64,000 bases of DNA from Perkinsus chesapeaki ATCC PRA-425. Lineage: Eukaryota > Protista > Perkinsozoa. Within the stretch, counting starts at the first letter, position 1. Each line of letters begins with the position of its first letter. The notes under the pieces were generated by a model. It made no database searches and was not told the origin of the DNA. It worked only from the letters and a program-made list of their open reading frames with translations. Below are positions 37,111 through 50,375 of this stretch, piece by piece. The stretch is taken from NCBI GenBank assembly GCA_013115145.1, contig JAAPAO010000057.1, positions 35,373 through 99,372 of the forward strand. The letters run 5' to 3'. Position numbers and translations under genes: made by a program.

Positions 37111-37403
37111 CTATTTCTGATGAGACCTACCGTTGGTCACCAACGCAAAATGTATCGAGCATAGGGCCGAAAAACACCGTTATGGAGTCTAAGCCGGCAT
37201 TGGTTGTGATGAGATCGATTTGAATATAACGAGATACTCATAAATCCACAACAATTGTAGACCATATTACATGACTAAACTGGAATGAAAACGTAAGTGA
37301 ATAGAGCCTACGGTTATCGAAGGCCATTATATTGCCCATCAAAGATAATGACTGCTTTGAGGAATGCAGTGGAGCTTGATCAGGATAGTACGACGGATTT
37401 TAT

Positions 37404-37943
37404 TTAGGGTTCATACAAACAAACATCACCGCCATCTTCACAGTAGCCCCCCCCCCTGGGACAATCCTAAGATGCACATGTTTGTTGTATTTGCAACAGC
37501 TGCAAAACATTCTCACCTTGGTTGTCTTGCAAGTCAGCATACACATACCTCCACCGGTAAGCACTGGTGAGCACGTTGGTTTCCCGATAGTTGAATTGGG
37601 ACAGGGAGCATTATCGTTACATCCCTGGGTACAGAAGACTGCTACGAGCGTGTCTTCCTCACCCTAAATAAAGATTCAATCATTTTGGGTGAGCGAAAGC
37701 ACCAACCTACAAACTCAACACCCAGATTCGCACCGTTGCACAAACATCCGTAAAGTGGTTCGGACGCGAGTGAGTCATAATGACAATGGCCAATTGGTTT
37801 ACCGTAACAATCACCTGAACTAAAACTACGACCCTTACGAGCGTGTGGAACATCTCCCTGTCACCATCATTTATGGCCGCAGCGTAGAATGACCACATAA
37901 GGAGGAGGTGGGTGCAGACGACAGCGTACATGTGGAGGTTCAT
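37404..37943 (-). CDS. Small secreted Cys-rich protein (~130 aa, 4 exons)
   Basis: Signal-like MNLHMYAVVCTHLLLMWSFYAAA. Three GT-AG introns keep the frame: GDCYGKPIGHC..GCLC..|..FCTQGCNDNAPCP..PTC..MCMLTCKTTK|DCPRGGGYCEDGGDVCLYEP*. Confidence 0.7.
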
Positions 37944-39202
37944 GGTTGATCAGCTGTTCCGGAGTGATGTCCGTATTTAAGATCTACTAGGAAAAGGTTT
38001 AGGTTAGGGTACGTACTTGGTGTTTGTCCCCATGGAGCGTACAAGCTCGTTTTGCGAATTTGTGCGGGACAGGCGAGTGAATCATATTACACGTTCGCTG
38101 GTATCTTGTTATTTGGCAAATGCGCAGAGCTTTCATGCAGTCCATAGTACACGCTTCATAGATTTATTTTTTCTAAAGTTCCAGTACTACTGTATTTTTG
38201 TGATACATGCAGCGACTACCCTTTAAGCGGCTCTGTGCTGCGCATTTCTGTACTTGTGTCGAATTGTGCTTCGCCCTAAGTATTCCTCCATGTAACGTTT
38301 AATATCTCACATCAACTCTTTTGTATTACTGAACATATTACCCATTTACTTAATGTCATGTGCTGTGGTTTGTACAAAGGAGTACTAAGTTCGTTAGACG
38401 AATCGATTCGATCGTGGTTACTACACTGTAGTACAGAGGAGCACGATAAGATCCAGACACGAAACACAACGACTATTGTGTGATGGTCACCAGAGACGTT
38501 CGGCCCGAAAGAGTATGAGATGATAATATAGGTCGACTCACTTAAGAGGAGGCGAAACATAGAGGAAGATTTCCCAGCTATTGTATTTAACTGTTATTTA
38601 ATGGAGCTTTGATTCCTGATTCCCCGTCACGCGACAAACGCTACAATAGCGTGCTGTCTTTGGTTTGAGAATAACTAACGAGCGGTCTCTCACAATGGTA
38701 GAGAAGAGTTCGTATTTTTCAATGGTAGGGAAGTACACTTGTCATAAAGCGTTATTAATTGTTCACTTTGCCATCACACACAGGGCCTGTGTCACAGACA
38801 CATAACCTATATTTGAAATACTGTAGAGTACGTTGAGCATATGACGTCCTGATCATGATAGTGTGAGCGTATTGAGCGCAATGAGATAAAACAGTAATGC
38901 CCCTTTGATGAAAATCATCCGATCATCCGACCAGCCATCCTATGTTTGCTGCACGAGGCCCGACCTAATTTACTTAGAAATAACTCAAAAGAATAGAATT
39001 GAATGAATAGTAGAGCAATCCTCGACAAATAACACTCATCCTTCCCAAAGGCAAACGAGGCCGATGGTATACGGAAACAGTTGCAATTGTTATAAAACAA
39101 TTCAGACATTCCTCGTTCTTGTAGTTGGGCTGCTGCTTGTGCTGTAGCAATAGAAAATGCTCGAGCTTCTTCTTCTGATAAACATCATCACTTCCATCTC
39201 CT

Positions 39203-40985
39203 TTACTTGGACTCTTGAGCAGCCTTCTGAGCCTCACGATCACGAGGATAATACTTATCCTTAATCTTCTGAGGGATCTTTTTGAGCATAGTCTCGGGGA
39301 ATAGACGCAGCAACTCCCAAGCAATATCCAATGATTGGAAGATATCACGATTCTCATAGGGACCTTGGCTCAAGAACTTGGACTCGAACTTGTCCAAGAA
39401 CTCCAAGTACAAGTGATCCTCCTCACTGAGAGCCTCCTCACCAACGACAGCCTTCATGGCGCGAGTATCGACACCAACAGCGTAGTTAGCATAAAGCTGA
39501 TCAGATACAGAAGGATGATCCTCACGAGTCATACCACGGCCGATACCGGACTTCATCAAACGAGACAGAGAAGGCAAGACGTTAATCGGGGGATACACCT
39601 GTCTGTTATGAAGGGCTCTATCGACGAACACCTGTCCCTCAGTAATATAACCGGTAAGATCAGGAATAGGATGAGTAATATCATCATTAGGCATGGTGAG
39701 AATGGGGAACTGTGTGATAGAACCGTTACGGCCTTCAACACGACCGGCACGCTCGTAGATAGTGGCAAGATCGGTATACCTAAAATACAATAATAAAAAT
39801 CATATCAACGATAAATGAATCCACGTGGAATTGAATTGCCATCAGATTAGCATGACCACTATTTTTCAATCACTATAATGCACTCAGACAGCTAAGTGAG
39901 AAGTATTGGATTTGTCATCACTAGGCTTCTACTACTAAACGTTAAAAGAGCGTAGGTACCCAATACTTACATGTAACCGGGATAACCACGACGACCGGGG
40001 ACTTCCTCACGGGCAGCAGAGACCTCACGAAGAGCATCAGCATAAGAAGACATATCAGTCAAGATGACGAAGACATGCTGCTCACGCTCATAAGCGAAGT
40101 ACTCGGCGGCGGTAAGCACGAAACGAGGAGTGACAATACGCTCAATTGTGGGATCATTGGCAAGGTTCATGAATAGACAGACATTCTCCATAGAGCCGTT
40201 CTCTTCGAAATCATTACGGAAGAATCGGGCAGTTTCCATATTGGCACCCATAGCACCGAAAATAATAGAGAAGTTCTCCTTGGAGTGATCGTGAATATCC
40301 TTGCCTTGTACAAGCTGAGCCTGACGGCACACCTGGGCGGCAATCTCATTATGAGGAAGACCGGCAGCAGAGAACAAAGGCAACTTCTGACCACGGACGA
40401 CAGAGTTCATGGTATCAAGGGCGGAAAGACCAGTCTGAATCATCTCCTTAGGGTACTGACGAGACTTGGGGTTAATAGGGGAACCATTGATAGGCAAGTA
40501 CTCCTCGGCCAGGACAGAAGGACCCTTATCGATGGGCTGACCGGAACCATTGAAGGAACGGCCCATAATCTCATCAGACATGGGCATCTTAAGGGTATCA
40601 CCCGTAAGCTCGATGTAACAGTTCTTGTTATCGACACCACTGGTACCCTCGAAGACCTAAATATCAATAATAAAGGCATACTAGAGGACTGTATTGACGG
40701 TTACCTGTACAACAGCCTTAGAGCCGTTAACCTCCAAGATCTGACCCTGTCTGGTAGAGCCGTCAGCCAGAGTAAGATTGACAATCTCATTATACTGGGG
40801 GAACTTGACGTTATCAAGGATAACAAGAGGACCCTAGAAAAGCCATAATAAAAATAGCGACGTAATAAAGCAAATATAATTACCTCAACACCAGTGATAG
40901 TCTGATACTCGACGCGAGGGTTGATGGTATAATCCCTCGTCACTGCAGCTGCGTTAATCGCAGCCGCATCCATCTTAGTAGCCAT
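39203..40985 (-). CDS. ATP6V1B: V-type H+-ATPase subunit B
   Basis: GPLV..; [19 protein letters not shown]; [13 protein letters not shown]|[14 protein letters not shown]; [15 protein letters not shown]. Confidence 0.98.
39838..39926 (-). ncRNA. Intron-encoded C/D-box snoRNA, predicted U6 snRNA 2'-O-methylation guide
   Basis: Sense to the host gene, inside intron ~39784-39966: GCCta-GTGATGA (C) ... CTGA (D') ... TGATTGA (C') ... GGTCATGCTAAT-CTGA (D) -tGGC. The guide pairs with conserved U6 GAUUAGCAUGGCC over 13 bp with one G-U pair. Confidence 0.75.
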
Positions 40986-41407
40986 TATTCGGAAAAAATC
41001 AGGGAACTTATCAAATACAAATATTAATGGAATCACTTATATAGACAATGGGAGCGAGTCGGTACAAGACGAATACAGGCTGATGATGATGCTGATGATG
41101 ATGAGAGGCTCAAAGGCCACAAGCAAATTTAGGCTGAGGCTGCGCGTCCACTATAAGCGAGCTCAGCTTAATGAGAAAATGCAAGAGTGCAAGATTTAGC
41201 AAGATTTTTCTCACACACCTCTTCTTGGAAAATTCATTGTTACTTAAGCTAATTGAACCAAATACCGATATGAAGGATAGATTACACTACGTACATCTTG
41301 GGAACCAGGTTACATAGGGATATAAAGATAACAATGTCATTTCAGTTTGTGTAGTGTGTTGAGTTTTACAGTAGTGTGGATGGTATGTAGTTTTAAATAG
41401 GATAATA

Positions 41408-43079
41408 ATGAACGGATGTCGGCAAGTTAACCCATACTTTATAGATCAACATTATAGGCTATTAAACGTATTTAATAACTTGGAGAATTACGCTAAGTTC
41501 TCTGTATTGGGTAACCCTAATAGAGAGGGCAGCAGACCGCCTAAGGTAGCCATATCAACATTAAACGTATATAAAGATACTCTCAGCTTGAAGATGTTGA
41601 CTGCCTTGATTGGACCTGTGATGGTGATCGTTTAGTTGTAGCCCATCGTAACTGTAACATGGTCCTTTGGAATGTTAATAGAGTAATACCGTAAATGCCC
41701 CCTTATATATAACTTATGTTTAGTGTATGCAAGAAAGGCAATGGACAGGGGATACATGGACATGGGTTGAGCCTCATCCAATAGACCCACATGTTATTGT
41801 CGGGGTTACATTTAATGGATTAGTTAAAGTATTAGATACTAGAGCACCTACCGGAAGGGATGGTCTTATGTAATAATAAGATTCAAAAAAGGTTAATTAA
41901 TGCACTTGGGCAATTCAAGAAATATAGCTAACAGTTTGATCGGCCTATATGGTATAGTTTAGGTTCAGCGCTGAGTTCTCTAAGAACCCAGGGCCTACCC
42001 AACCCAAAGGCCTTGATAAGCTACTCAATGTTACATGGCATCCAGAGGGAAGGTTTTTAGCAGTTTATGGGAGGGTAATTCATTTCACAGTACTCATTGA
42101 TAAGACTTCCAATCAGGCTGGTACTATACAGATATTAGATCCTAGGGTGGTAGTATCATCACCACCAGTAGGAGGAGGGGAACAACCGGCCATTGGTAGG
42201 GTCTATAATAATTACATTATAATAGTTTTAATAGGTACATTTGCATTGGGACAGCAGATCAACGCTGCTGCTAATACGGAGGTATACTCTATATTGTGGG
42301 ATAATTACTGTAATAAGGGTACTGAGGAGGAGAAGGAGAAGGGTTGATGGTAATGGATTAGGTGAAGGGCCACATTCCTTATGGGCAGCTACCACAGGGG
42401 CACCTAGTAAAATAGTGTTGTATGATGATGATACGGTATGAGAATGATGGGAGATATAGAAGACAATGTCGCCTTGTAGTTATTGAAGGGCCCTCAGTAT
42501 CAAGCTGATGCAGTAAAGCCATCAGAGGTCCTAATAGGCCATCAATCTACTACCTTTACATTATCAAGAAGCATGGATGGAAGGTTTATGGCATCAGGAG
42601 GGGTAATAGAGGGAGTAATAGTAGTAGTGGGAGGAGGATAAGTGATGAAGTTAGGGTGACTCATTGGTTGATATATGGTCAGTAGCTGACTTGTCTTGTA
42701 TAAGGACATTCTCATCAGCAACACATGTACCGATACAGTCAGTGTCACTAAGTAATGCTAATAGCGCTATATATGTGTATAATTTAATGTACTAGGTCAT
42801 GACGGCAGCCTAGTGGCCTATACTGCCTTACCATCTACTGGTGGTAATGATATTATTGATCGTAACTTGGTTATAGCTGGCACTATGACTGGTGTTGAAT
42901 ATGTTGATGTTGCACAGAAGTTCACTGGCAAAAACAGTAGAGTGCCACATCCAGTGAACCATGTAGCATGGTCACCAAAGGAGCATGTATTGGCATATAG
43001 TATGACAGCTAGTGCTGGTGGCAGTACTGGTAGTAAAGGGGGGCAGGGGGAAGTGTGGTATAGGAAATATTGTTATTAG
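41408..43079 (+). CDS. THOC3: WD40 protein, THO complex subunit 3 (THOC3/Tex1)-like
   Basis: LNVTWHPEGRFLAV; GHQSTTFTLSRSMDGRFMASG..DSLVDIWSVADLSCIRTF; SHDGSLVAY; VNHVAWSPKEHVLAYS. Confidence 0.7.
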
Positions 43080-43184
43080 ATCCACAACCGACTAGCTTGA
43101 TTAGTATTATGAAGATTGATGCTGATAATAAGACATTACAGGACTGCCCTATAGACTTCTAGTCCTTACGTTTCCGCACACTGT

Positions 43185-44708
43185 ATGGCTTGTGTACCGC
43201 CTCCGCCGCCGCAGATGGTAATGCAATATTGGTGCAGTTTGTTATTATTAAACAGAGGTGGTGGTGGTGTCATGAGATCTAGTGATAGGGGATGGTATCC
43301 AGCGTCGGTAATGAGTGGTAATATGGCATCACCAGCAACAACAACAACTACCCATACACCCTCTACATTGGGGGAGACAGCAGCTGTATCAGCGGCGGTG
43401 GCATCATCAGAGATACCATCTGAGGAGCGTATGTTCTATGCTAGCCTATTCTCACATGGATTAGCGGCATTAGCTGCTAAGTTAGTTAGTGCTCCTATGG
43501 ATAGAGCTAGAATATTGGTAATAACAGTGGTTGGTAATGATGATAATAATAATGGTGGTGGGTGTATGTTAGTTACAAACATCACCAGGAGGGAAGACGT
43601 TCCCCTCAGTACGTAATGTCCTAGCTAATGCACAAGGTCATCATTATACTGCAGTACATATACATCTATTACATATGGCTGGCACTACATGGATAAGGCA
43701 TTATCTGTAATATGAGAGAGAATTACGGAGGTTTGGATCCTGGGGCTTGATGAGGAGAAATACGAGATTACAGTGGGAAAATTAAAGTTCGGCCGTCAGA
43801 TATTTGTCGAGGCTTTTCGAATTCCTGACAAGTGATAGGTCATGCTGAGATGAGTCGTATAGCTGAGCTGGAGAGGCCCATAAATTTGTGATTGAATGCT
43901 ACCAATCTTGTTTTCATATTCGATCGTTGACTCATTCAGATCATCGGCGCAGAGCATATTTGACCAGACTGTATTACTCCAGTTTACATACGTTCGGGAC
44001 TGGGCTAAATTTGAGAAATTTCCCCAAGAGGCTGCTGCTTTGTACTACCTTCGTGTGGCATAAGCTAAGATACAGTGTGTATTGGTAGTAGTAGTATAGT
44101 ATATTGTTCAGTTACCATTGTCATCTACGACCAGTGTTAGATAGTAATACTAAGGGTACTGGGTTAGCATCAACCATACTATCTGGAGGTGCTGCTATCA
44201 TTGTAATGTATCCATTAGATGTCCTGTAATAATAATATGTCTACATAAGGTTAATAATAGTAGTAATATAGGTATACAAGGCGACTAGTAATGGGCATGC
44301 CTGGTAGGATACCTATTACTAGGGTACGTGATCTTTATAGTGGACTAGGTGTTACATTACTATCAGCACCAATATATTCAGCAGTGGCAATGACAGTAAT
44401 AATAATACTATTATAGAGTTAATGATAATAGGCTTTAGGCTTATGGTTATTGTAAGGATATGATACGTGATCCTGTGATAGCTGGTGGGGTAGCAGGTGC
44501 AATAGCGAGTGTAGTTACTTATCCAGTAGAGACAATACGTAGAAGGATGATGGCTGGTCTACCATGCGGTGGATTTAATATTACTTTATATAGAGGTTTA
44601 GGTCTATTTATACTTAAAACTGTACCTGAGATAATGGTATTGTCAGCTGCATATAAATACATTGTTAATTTACCAAGTAATTCTAGTGGTATGGATGATA
44701 CCATGTAG
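43185..44708 (+). CDS. Divergent mitochondrial carrier (SLC25), multi-exon
   Basis: APMDRARI, MYPLDV and TYPVETIRRRMM repeats; long intron 43707-44111. Confidence 0.8.
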
Positions 44709-44885
44709 GATGATTGTTGTTGTTATTGTTGTTAATATATCTTATAATATTAATGCATACACTACTACTACATTATTATAGTATTAATTTCTACCGTCCC
44801 ATTCCTCCTCATAAGTTTCTCTTTAAACCATCTTAAGTATTGTGTTATTAGCTCATTAATATCATTAGTATAACCGTACCATCTA

Positions 44886-47800
44886 ATGAAAGGTGGTGGA
44901 ACTGGTGGAGGTAAGGGTATGCGTTATGGAGGCATACGAGGGAAAGATGGTATGAACAATGATGATGATATAGAGGCTAGGATGGACCCAGAAGCCTTGA
45001 ATAAGGTACCCAGGCTATATAACTCTATACTAGGCTTCTTGTTACTCATGATGCTTTAGTATACCTCGGAGCTGTCAGCTCGGTTTACCTTCTATAATCG
45101 TTGTTTTATACTTGCAGAGGTATCCGATGTAATAGGCCTATGTTTATTAGAGTTGCTATGGCATGGTACCATTAGTGCATGGGTGAGGAGATACACAATA
45201 TACTCTATCCTTGCTACTACTATTATTGTCATTTAGTTCCATACTGATATAATAGCAGCATATAACCCATCATTGAGCACAGTAGATATATGGGCACTTG
45301 TTATAATACGTCTTATAGCATCTATATGCTATACTGGAACACAACGTAAGCATACAGTCTTCATGATAGAATATGAATATGATTAAATTAATTATTTAAT
45401 ATGTTATATATTAATCTGACTAATATGAAACTATTATAATCATTTGTTAATATTTATTATATAAAAAAGCATTGTGCATTTATGATGAAAAATGTATATG
45501 ACAGTAAGTTACTCTCAATAATGCAAATGTGGTGCAGTTTGTAAGAGCCCCAATGAACTTGGTATGTAGTATAAGAATAATCTATTCAGGTAAACTGGGC
45601 CTTATTAACTCATTCTGTGGTTTCTGTATAGCCTTTATATTATTTAAGGCGGCTCTTATGGTAAAATATAATGGAACTCTACATCACTTTATTTCATATC
45701 CTCCTCCTTCTCCTCCTCCTATCAGCCTCGTATGCAAGAGCTCAGCCTTATGGGTTTATTAGGCTTTGAGATGGTAATATGCCTTATAGATATTATTATG
45801 GTTAATAGACTACAGAACACTCTTGGGGTAAGCTATAATTTCTCATCATTGGTATTAGTAGTATTAATAGGTTATAGACCATGTACAAGAGTTCCAAGCA
45901 TCTTTATTACATAATGCAGAGAGCGGTATGGCCGATGGTGGCAGTAGTGTTGAGGTAGCAGCAGAACCACAGTATAGATTTGAAGGATTGGGAATGTGGG
46001 AGACACTAAAAGTAAGAGTGTCAAAGGTGAGTGGATTAATGATTGTGGCTATCAGGTATTAAAGCCATATTTTTGGCCAACTACCCCAGCTACTGCTACA
46101 GGGGAGGATGTTAGCTCCAAAGTGTAAGGATGATAATTTAGTAGTGTTATTAACCTATTTCTTTATTAGGTTTATCAATCGTTGTAGAGCTGTGGGGACA
46201 TGGTTTTGTGTTATTCTATCTAAAATATGTAATGTTATATCTCCACTATATCTGGCCTATGCTACAAATGAGCTAACTAAATTACTTAATAACCAGTATT
46301 ACTAACCATTACTGTATATAACCCGTATAATAATAGCCTCAGATCATCATCATCAACAACTAACCTATCAAGTTCATTGATTTGGTATATATCAGCCTAC
46401 GCCTTGCTTACAGCATTATCTAAGTCTTTGAAGGAGGCACAGTCACTAATGTACATTAGTGTGCAGCAGAGCGCGTAGGGATATAGAATATGAAAAAGAA
46501 GAAGGGTTAATGGAATAATAATAATGTAGGTATGTTGAAATAGCTAACTTAACATTTAAACATCTACATGAACTATCATTGGATTGGCATATAAGAAAGA
46601 AGACTGGCAATACAGTAAGTATTATATTATAGCAGTAGTATTTAGTGTTACTCTACTACTACTTATTAGGTTAGAAGCTTTACTAGGGGGGTACAAGCAG
46701 CACAGATGATGATGCAGGTAAGGGAAGGTAGGACGATGTGAATTAATGCAGGATAGTAGAGATATTCTCATTTGAAATAAACAAACAGAATACAAAATGT
46801 ACAAGTATAAGAGGAAGAGGAAACTGCTCCCCGCGGGAAATAGATACTTATACTGCGTTCGATGTTATTTATGTCCAAGAGGATACTCTTATTTTATACT
46901 CTTAGGATTTATATCAAATACGATATTAATGAAAGAGGGGACGCTCGTATACATACTGGGTCATAGAGTCCCTACACCTGAATCAATCCGGCGGGTTCCC
47001 TTTTTATATGGCTGCTTGTCCAGTTAATTATGTTTCAGTACCTTTTCCTGTACTTGGTACCAACTCTAGCTGAATGTATTGCTGTTACGTTGATATTCAC
47101 AATACACTTTAATAACGCTAGACTGGCAGCTACATGCCTACTAGCCTTGGGGGTTTATATGTAAGCCTCCTGATGTACTAGAAGCTATGGTAATGTTGCT
47201 CTAGTTACATAACAGTAAAAGTGACCATATGGCGTAAGAAGTTCCGAGAGGGGACAATGGTACATGATAATGAGCTACATGATAGACTTAATGATTCTTT
47301 AACCAATTATGAGACTATCAAGTAAGTGTAGGTATGAACTAATAGGGAAGTCCTTATTGTACTGTTAATGTGTTATTATTATTAAGGTACTTTGGTAATG
47401 AAGAGTATGAGCTTATGGAGTTTACTAAGGCAGTGTCTCAGTAGGCAGATGGTTTCCCTTATTATATAATAATATGTGTCATGTCATATAGGTTCCAAGC
47501 ATACAGTATGATGACACAGGCATCATTAAGCATACTTAATGTTGCTCAAGTTGTAAGTATTTATTTATCTTCAATACATACTCCTGATCCATTGCCTCTT
47601 AGTTGGTTATATGTGCTACTACAATAGTATCGCTACTATTGATGGCTAATGAGTCTCTAGTAGATCATACTGATATAGGTAACATATAGTCAACTGGCTT
47701 ACATTAACTTATTCTTAATTATAGGTGCCTTTGTAGCTGTTAACGCCTATGTCTTGAACCTGTTTGCCCCTTTAAGCTGGCTAGGTTAGTACTGTATCTT

Positions 47801-49313
47801 TACCTGGTTTACTTATTATCACACTTAGGCACTATATATAATATGGTTATTAATTCAATTATCGATATGCAGTCATTTGGTCAGCTATTGAAAGAGCCTC
47901 ATGACGTTAATGATAAACCAGGAGCTATTCAATTGGTGAGCTTATTACCTTTATATCCCCTTGGGGTATATAAATCGTCGTTTTAGAAAATAGTACCACA
48001 TGCCGTTCCAAATCTTATTGTATTTGACCACGTTTACTTCAAGTATAGAAGGCAACCAGTAAGAAACGGAGGCCGCAGCAGCATCACCAATGTTAAGCTA
48101 CCTTCTGTATTAGTACTCAAGATCCCTGCGTGATTGCAGCTTTATTGTACCTGAGAATACTACTACAGCTATTGTTGGCGTAACAGGATCAGGGAAAACT
48201 ACAGTATCAAGGTAGGCTACACTTTACTGGTGGAGGAGCTAGGTCAATGAGACTGGTAAAGACTCTACTACACTTTAAAGTACAGTATACTTTACTGTAA
48301 AGTTTACCATGTTGAGAGAGATCCTTCCGAAAGCCACCATGCAGCAGTAGTCGCCGATAGGGCCAGTTCTGCCTTTTCAGGTTACTCTTCCGGTTTTTTG
48401 ATGTCGATGACGGTGCAGTCCGCGTTGGTGGGTATGATGTCCGTGACGTGACACAAAAGAGCCTTCGAGCTCAGATAGGATGTGTTCCTCAAGATGTGGT
48501 GCTATTCAATGATACTATCATACATAATATACGGTACTATAGCATACCATCACATAGTAGTAGTAGTTATCATTGTTGTCAGGTATGGTAAATTGGATGC
48601 TACTGATGAGGAGTGTTGGGAAGTTGCACGTAAGGCTAAGCTAGATCAACTTATAGAACAACAGCTTGATGGAATGAATACAGTAAGGTTATGGAATAAC
48701 TTATATTATTTATATATCATAGGTTGTTGGTGAAAGAGGTTTAAAGTTATCAGGTGGTGAAAAGCAAAGGTTGGCTATTGCTCGTTGTATGTTAAAAGAT
48801 ACTCCTATACTACTACTAGATGAGGTACATATAACCGCCATGGTATTATAGCTTTATAGGCTACTATATTATAGGCAACCTCTGCTTTGGACTCAGCTAC
48901 AGAACAGTCTGTACAAACAGCATTGGCAAATCTTAGGGAAAATCGGACTACAGTTGTTATAGCACATCGTTTGTCGACTATTAGGCATGCTAATCAGATT
49001 GTGGTAATAGACTTGCTAGACTTGGTTAGATATACAGTCTTGCTCATTTTTGACGGGTAGGTGCTGGAGTTTGGTAGTCTAGTTGAAAAGGGTACACATG
49101 ATGAGTTGATAACATTAACTCATGGAAAGTAAGGGTATATATTATGCTATTATGGTATGGTTATATTATAGATATCGTGATCTATGGGAGAAGCAACAAA
49201 GAGGCATTGATGTTGATATAAGTCATAATGGACAAGTCGTGGTAAATAGTAAAGTGAACGGTGGCAAGGGTGTTAATGGCAAAGGCCCTCATCAAGGCCC
49301 TAAGTCACCCTAG
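44886..49313 (+). CDS. ABCB6/HMT1/ATM1-like ABC half-transporter with N-terminal extra TM domain
   Basis: [16 protein letters not shown]; [12 protein letters not shown]; GVTGSGKTT; [13 protein letters not shown]; LLDEATSALDS; IAHRLSTI. Confidence 0.95.
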
Positions 49314-49339
49314 TCATCGTAGCGTAGTCCATCATTAAC

Positions 49340-50375
49340 AATTCTGAATACTTATTATTATATCTGCTGCTCATACCATCTTTTCTTCGTTTATTGTCCT
49401 AAGATGTCATAGTTGCTATTTGTGAAATGTCATACTACTATGATAATAACTGATATACCTTATCATACTACGTCTTCTTCTTCTTCCTTTCTTGTTTCCA
49501 TAACTATACCTTTACTGAGTTGAGTCTATCTACTTCTATCTCTTAAGTGTTTGTTGTTTTTATGTCCCAAGGTAGTAGCATTGATGTCAACTCCTCTCTC
49601 CCCTCTAGCTCACCTTCTCAATCTACTAGCTCATTAGAAATCACTAGTGTTATATTAACCAATGGAGATGATAATAGTATCCCCAAGAGGAATACTGTAA
49701 GGCCTACACTCTTGTGTATATGATGACTCACCTACTGCTGCTGCTGTTAGGATATGATTCTCCTATTACCATGGACAATAGCTTTAGGGTGTACACTTAT
49801 ATTATTACTAACTGTACCATCGGTACGGCATAGAATAGTACAGGTAAGAAGCTTACGTTAATTACTTCTACTTGGTTGTTTTTTAGAAAATGATATACAG
49901 TTATATATGCTTATGGTATGTATGCCGTAGATTGAAGAAGCTTTTAGGCTTTGGAAGAGACCATACACCAGATGGTGGCCTGGTAGGGGCTCCCAGGCCA
50001 CTATAGCTACTATTAAGTAGCCTCTCTAACAAGTTTGTCTCATATTATTCCCCCTTCACTGAAAGTTTAAGTGACTATTGCTCAGTGTTACTATTGCTCA
50101 TCTATAAGGCATCACAGTTACCTAGTAATATAACCATCTCACCTAATCTCTAGTGTTGTTGTTGTTGTTTGATGGTTAATAGTGGTGGGGGAGGGTGTGG
50201 AGTCAAACCCTAGTATTACTTTTAGAATGCCTCTTGCATCATCCTCATTGATATGTTTAAAACGGTCTGTAGCCTCGAGGAGTCGAGCGTCGACTCGAGC
50301 GGTCACCGCTGTTGTAAACAGCTTTTCGTCGTCCTTCCGTGGCTTTGCCAGTCGGGCCCTCGGACCTGCATTCAA
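49340..50375 (-). CDS. Hypothetical multi-exon protein, tentative
   Basis: ORF 50139-50375 plus downstream GT-AG-bounded coding-like segments, including a hydrophobic GLTVFLLGILLSSPL. Confidence 0.3.

Noticed and set aside
37995-38008. GGTTTAGGTTAGGG telomere-like tract
   Set aside because: Only about two units; too short.
39364-39374. CTTGGCTCAAG, matching the 3' end of the Perkinsus/dinoflagellate spliced leader
   Set aside because: It is antisense within the V-ATPase B CDS (FLSQG codons), and the 5' half of the leader is absent.
46804-46976. Hairpins (AGTATAAG/CTTATACT; GGGAC/GTCCC followed by ACA) in a long ABC-transporter intron
   Set aside because: The final hairpin is too short for a pseudouridylation pocket and no target was identified.
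48222-48302. Two hairpins in an ABC-transporter intron as a possible H/ACA snoRNA
   Set aside because: No H box between the hairpins and no terminal ACA; the second hairpin is too small.
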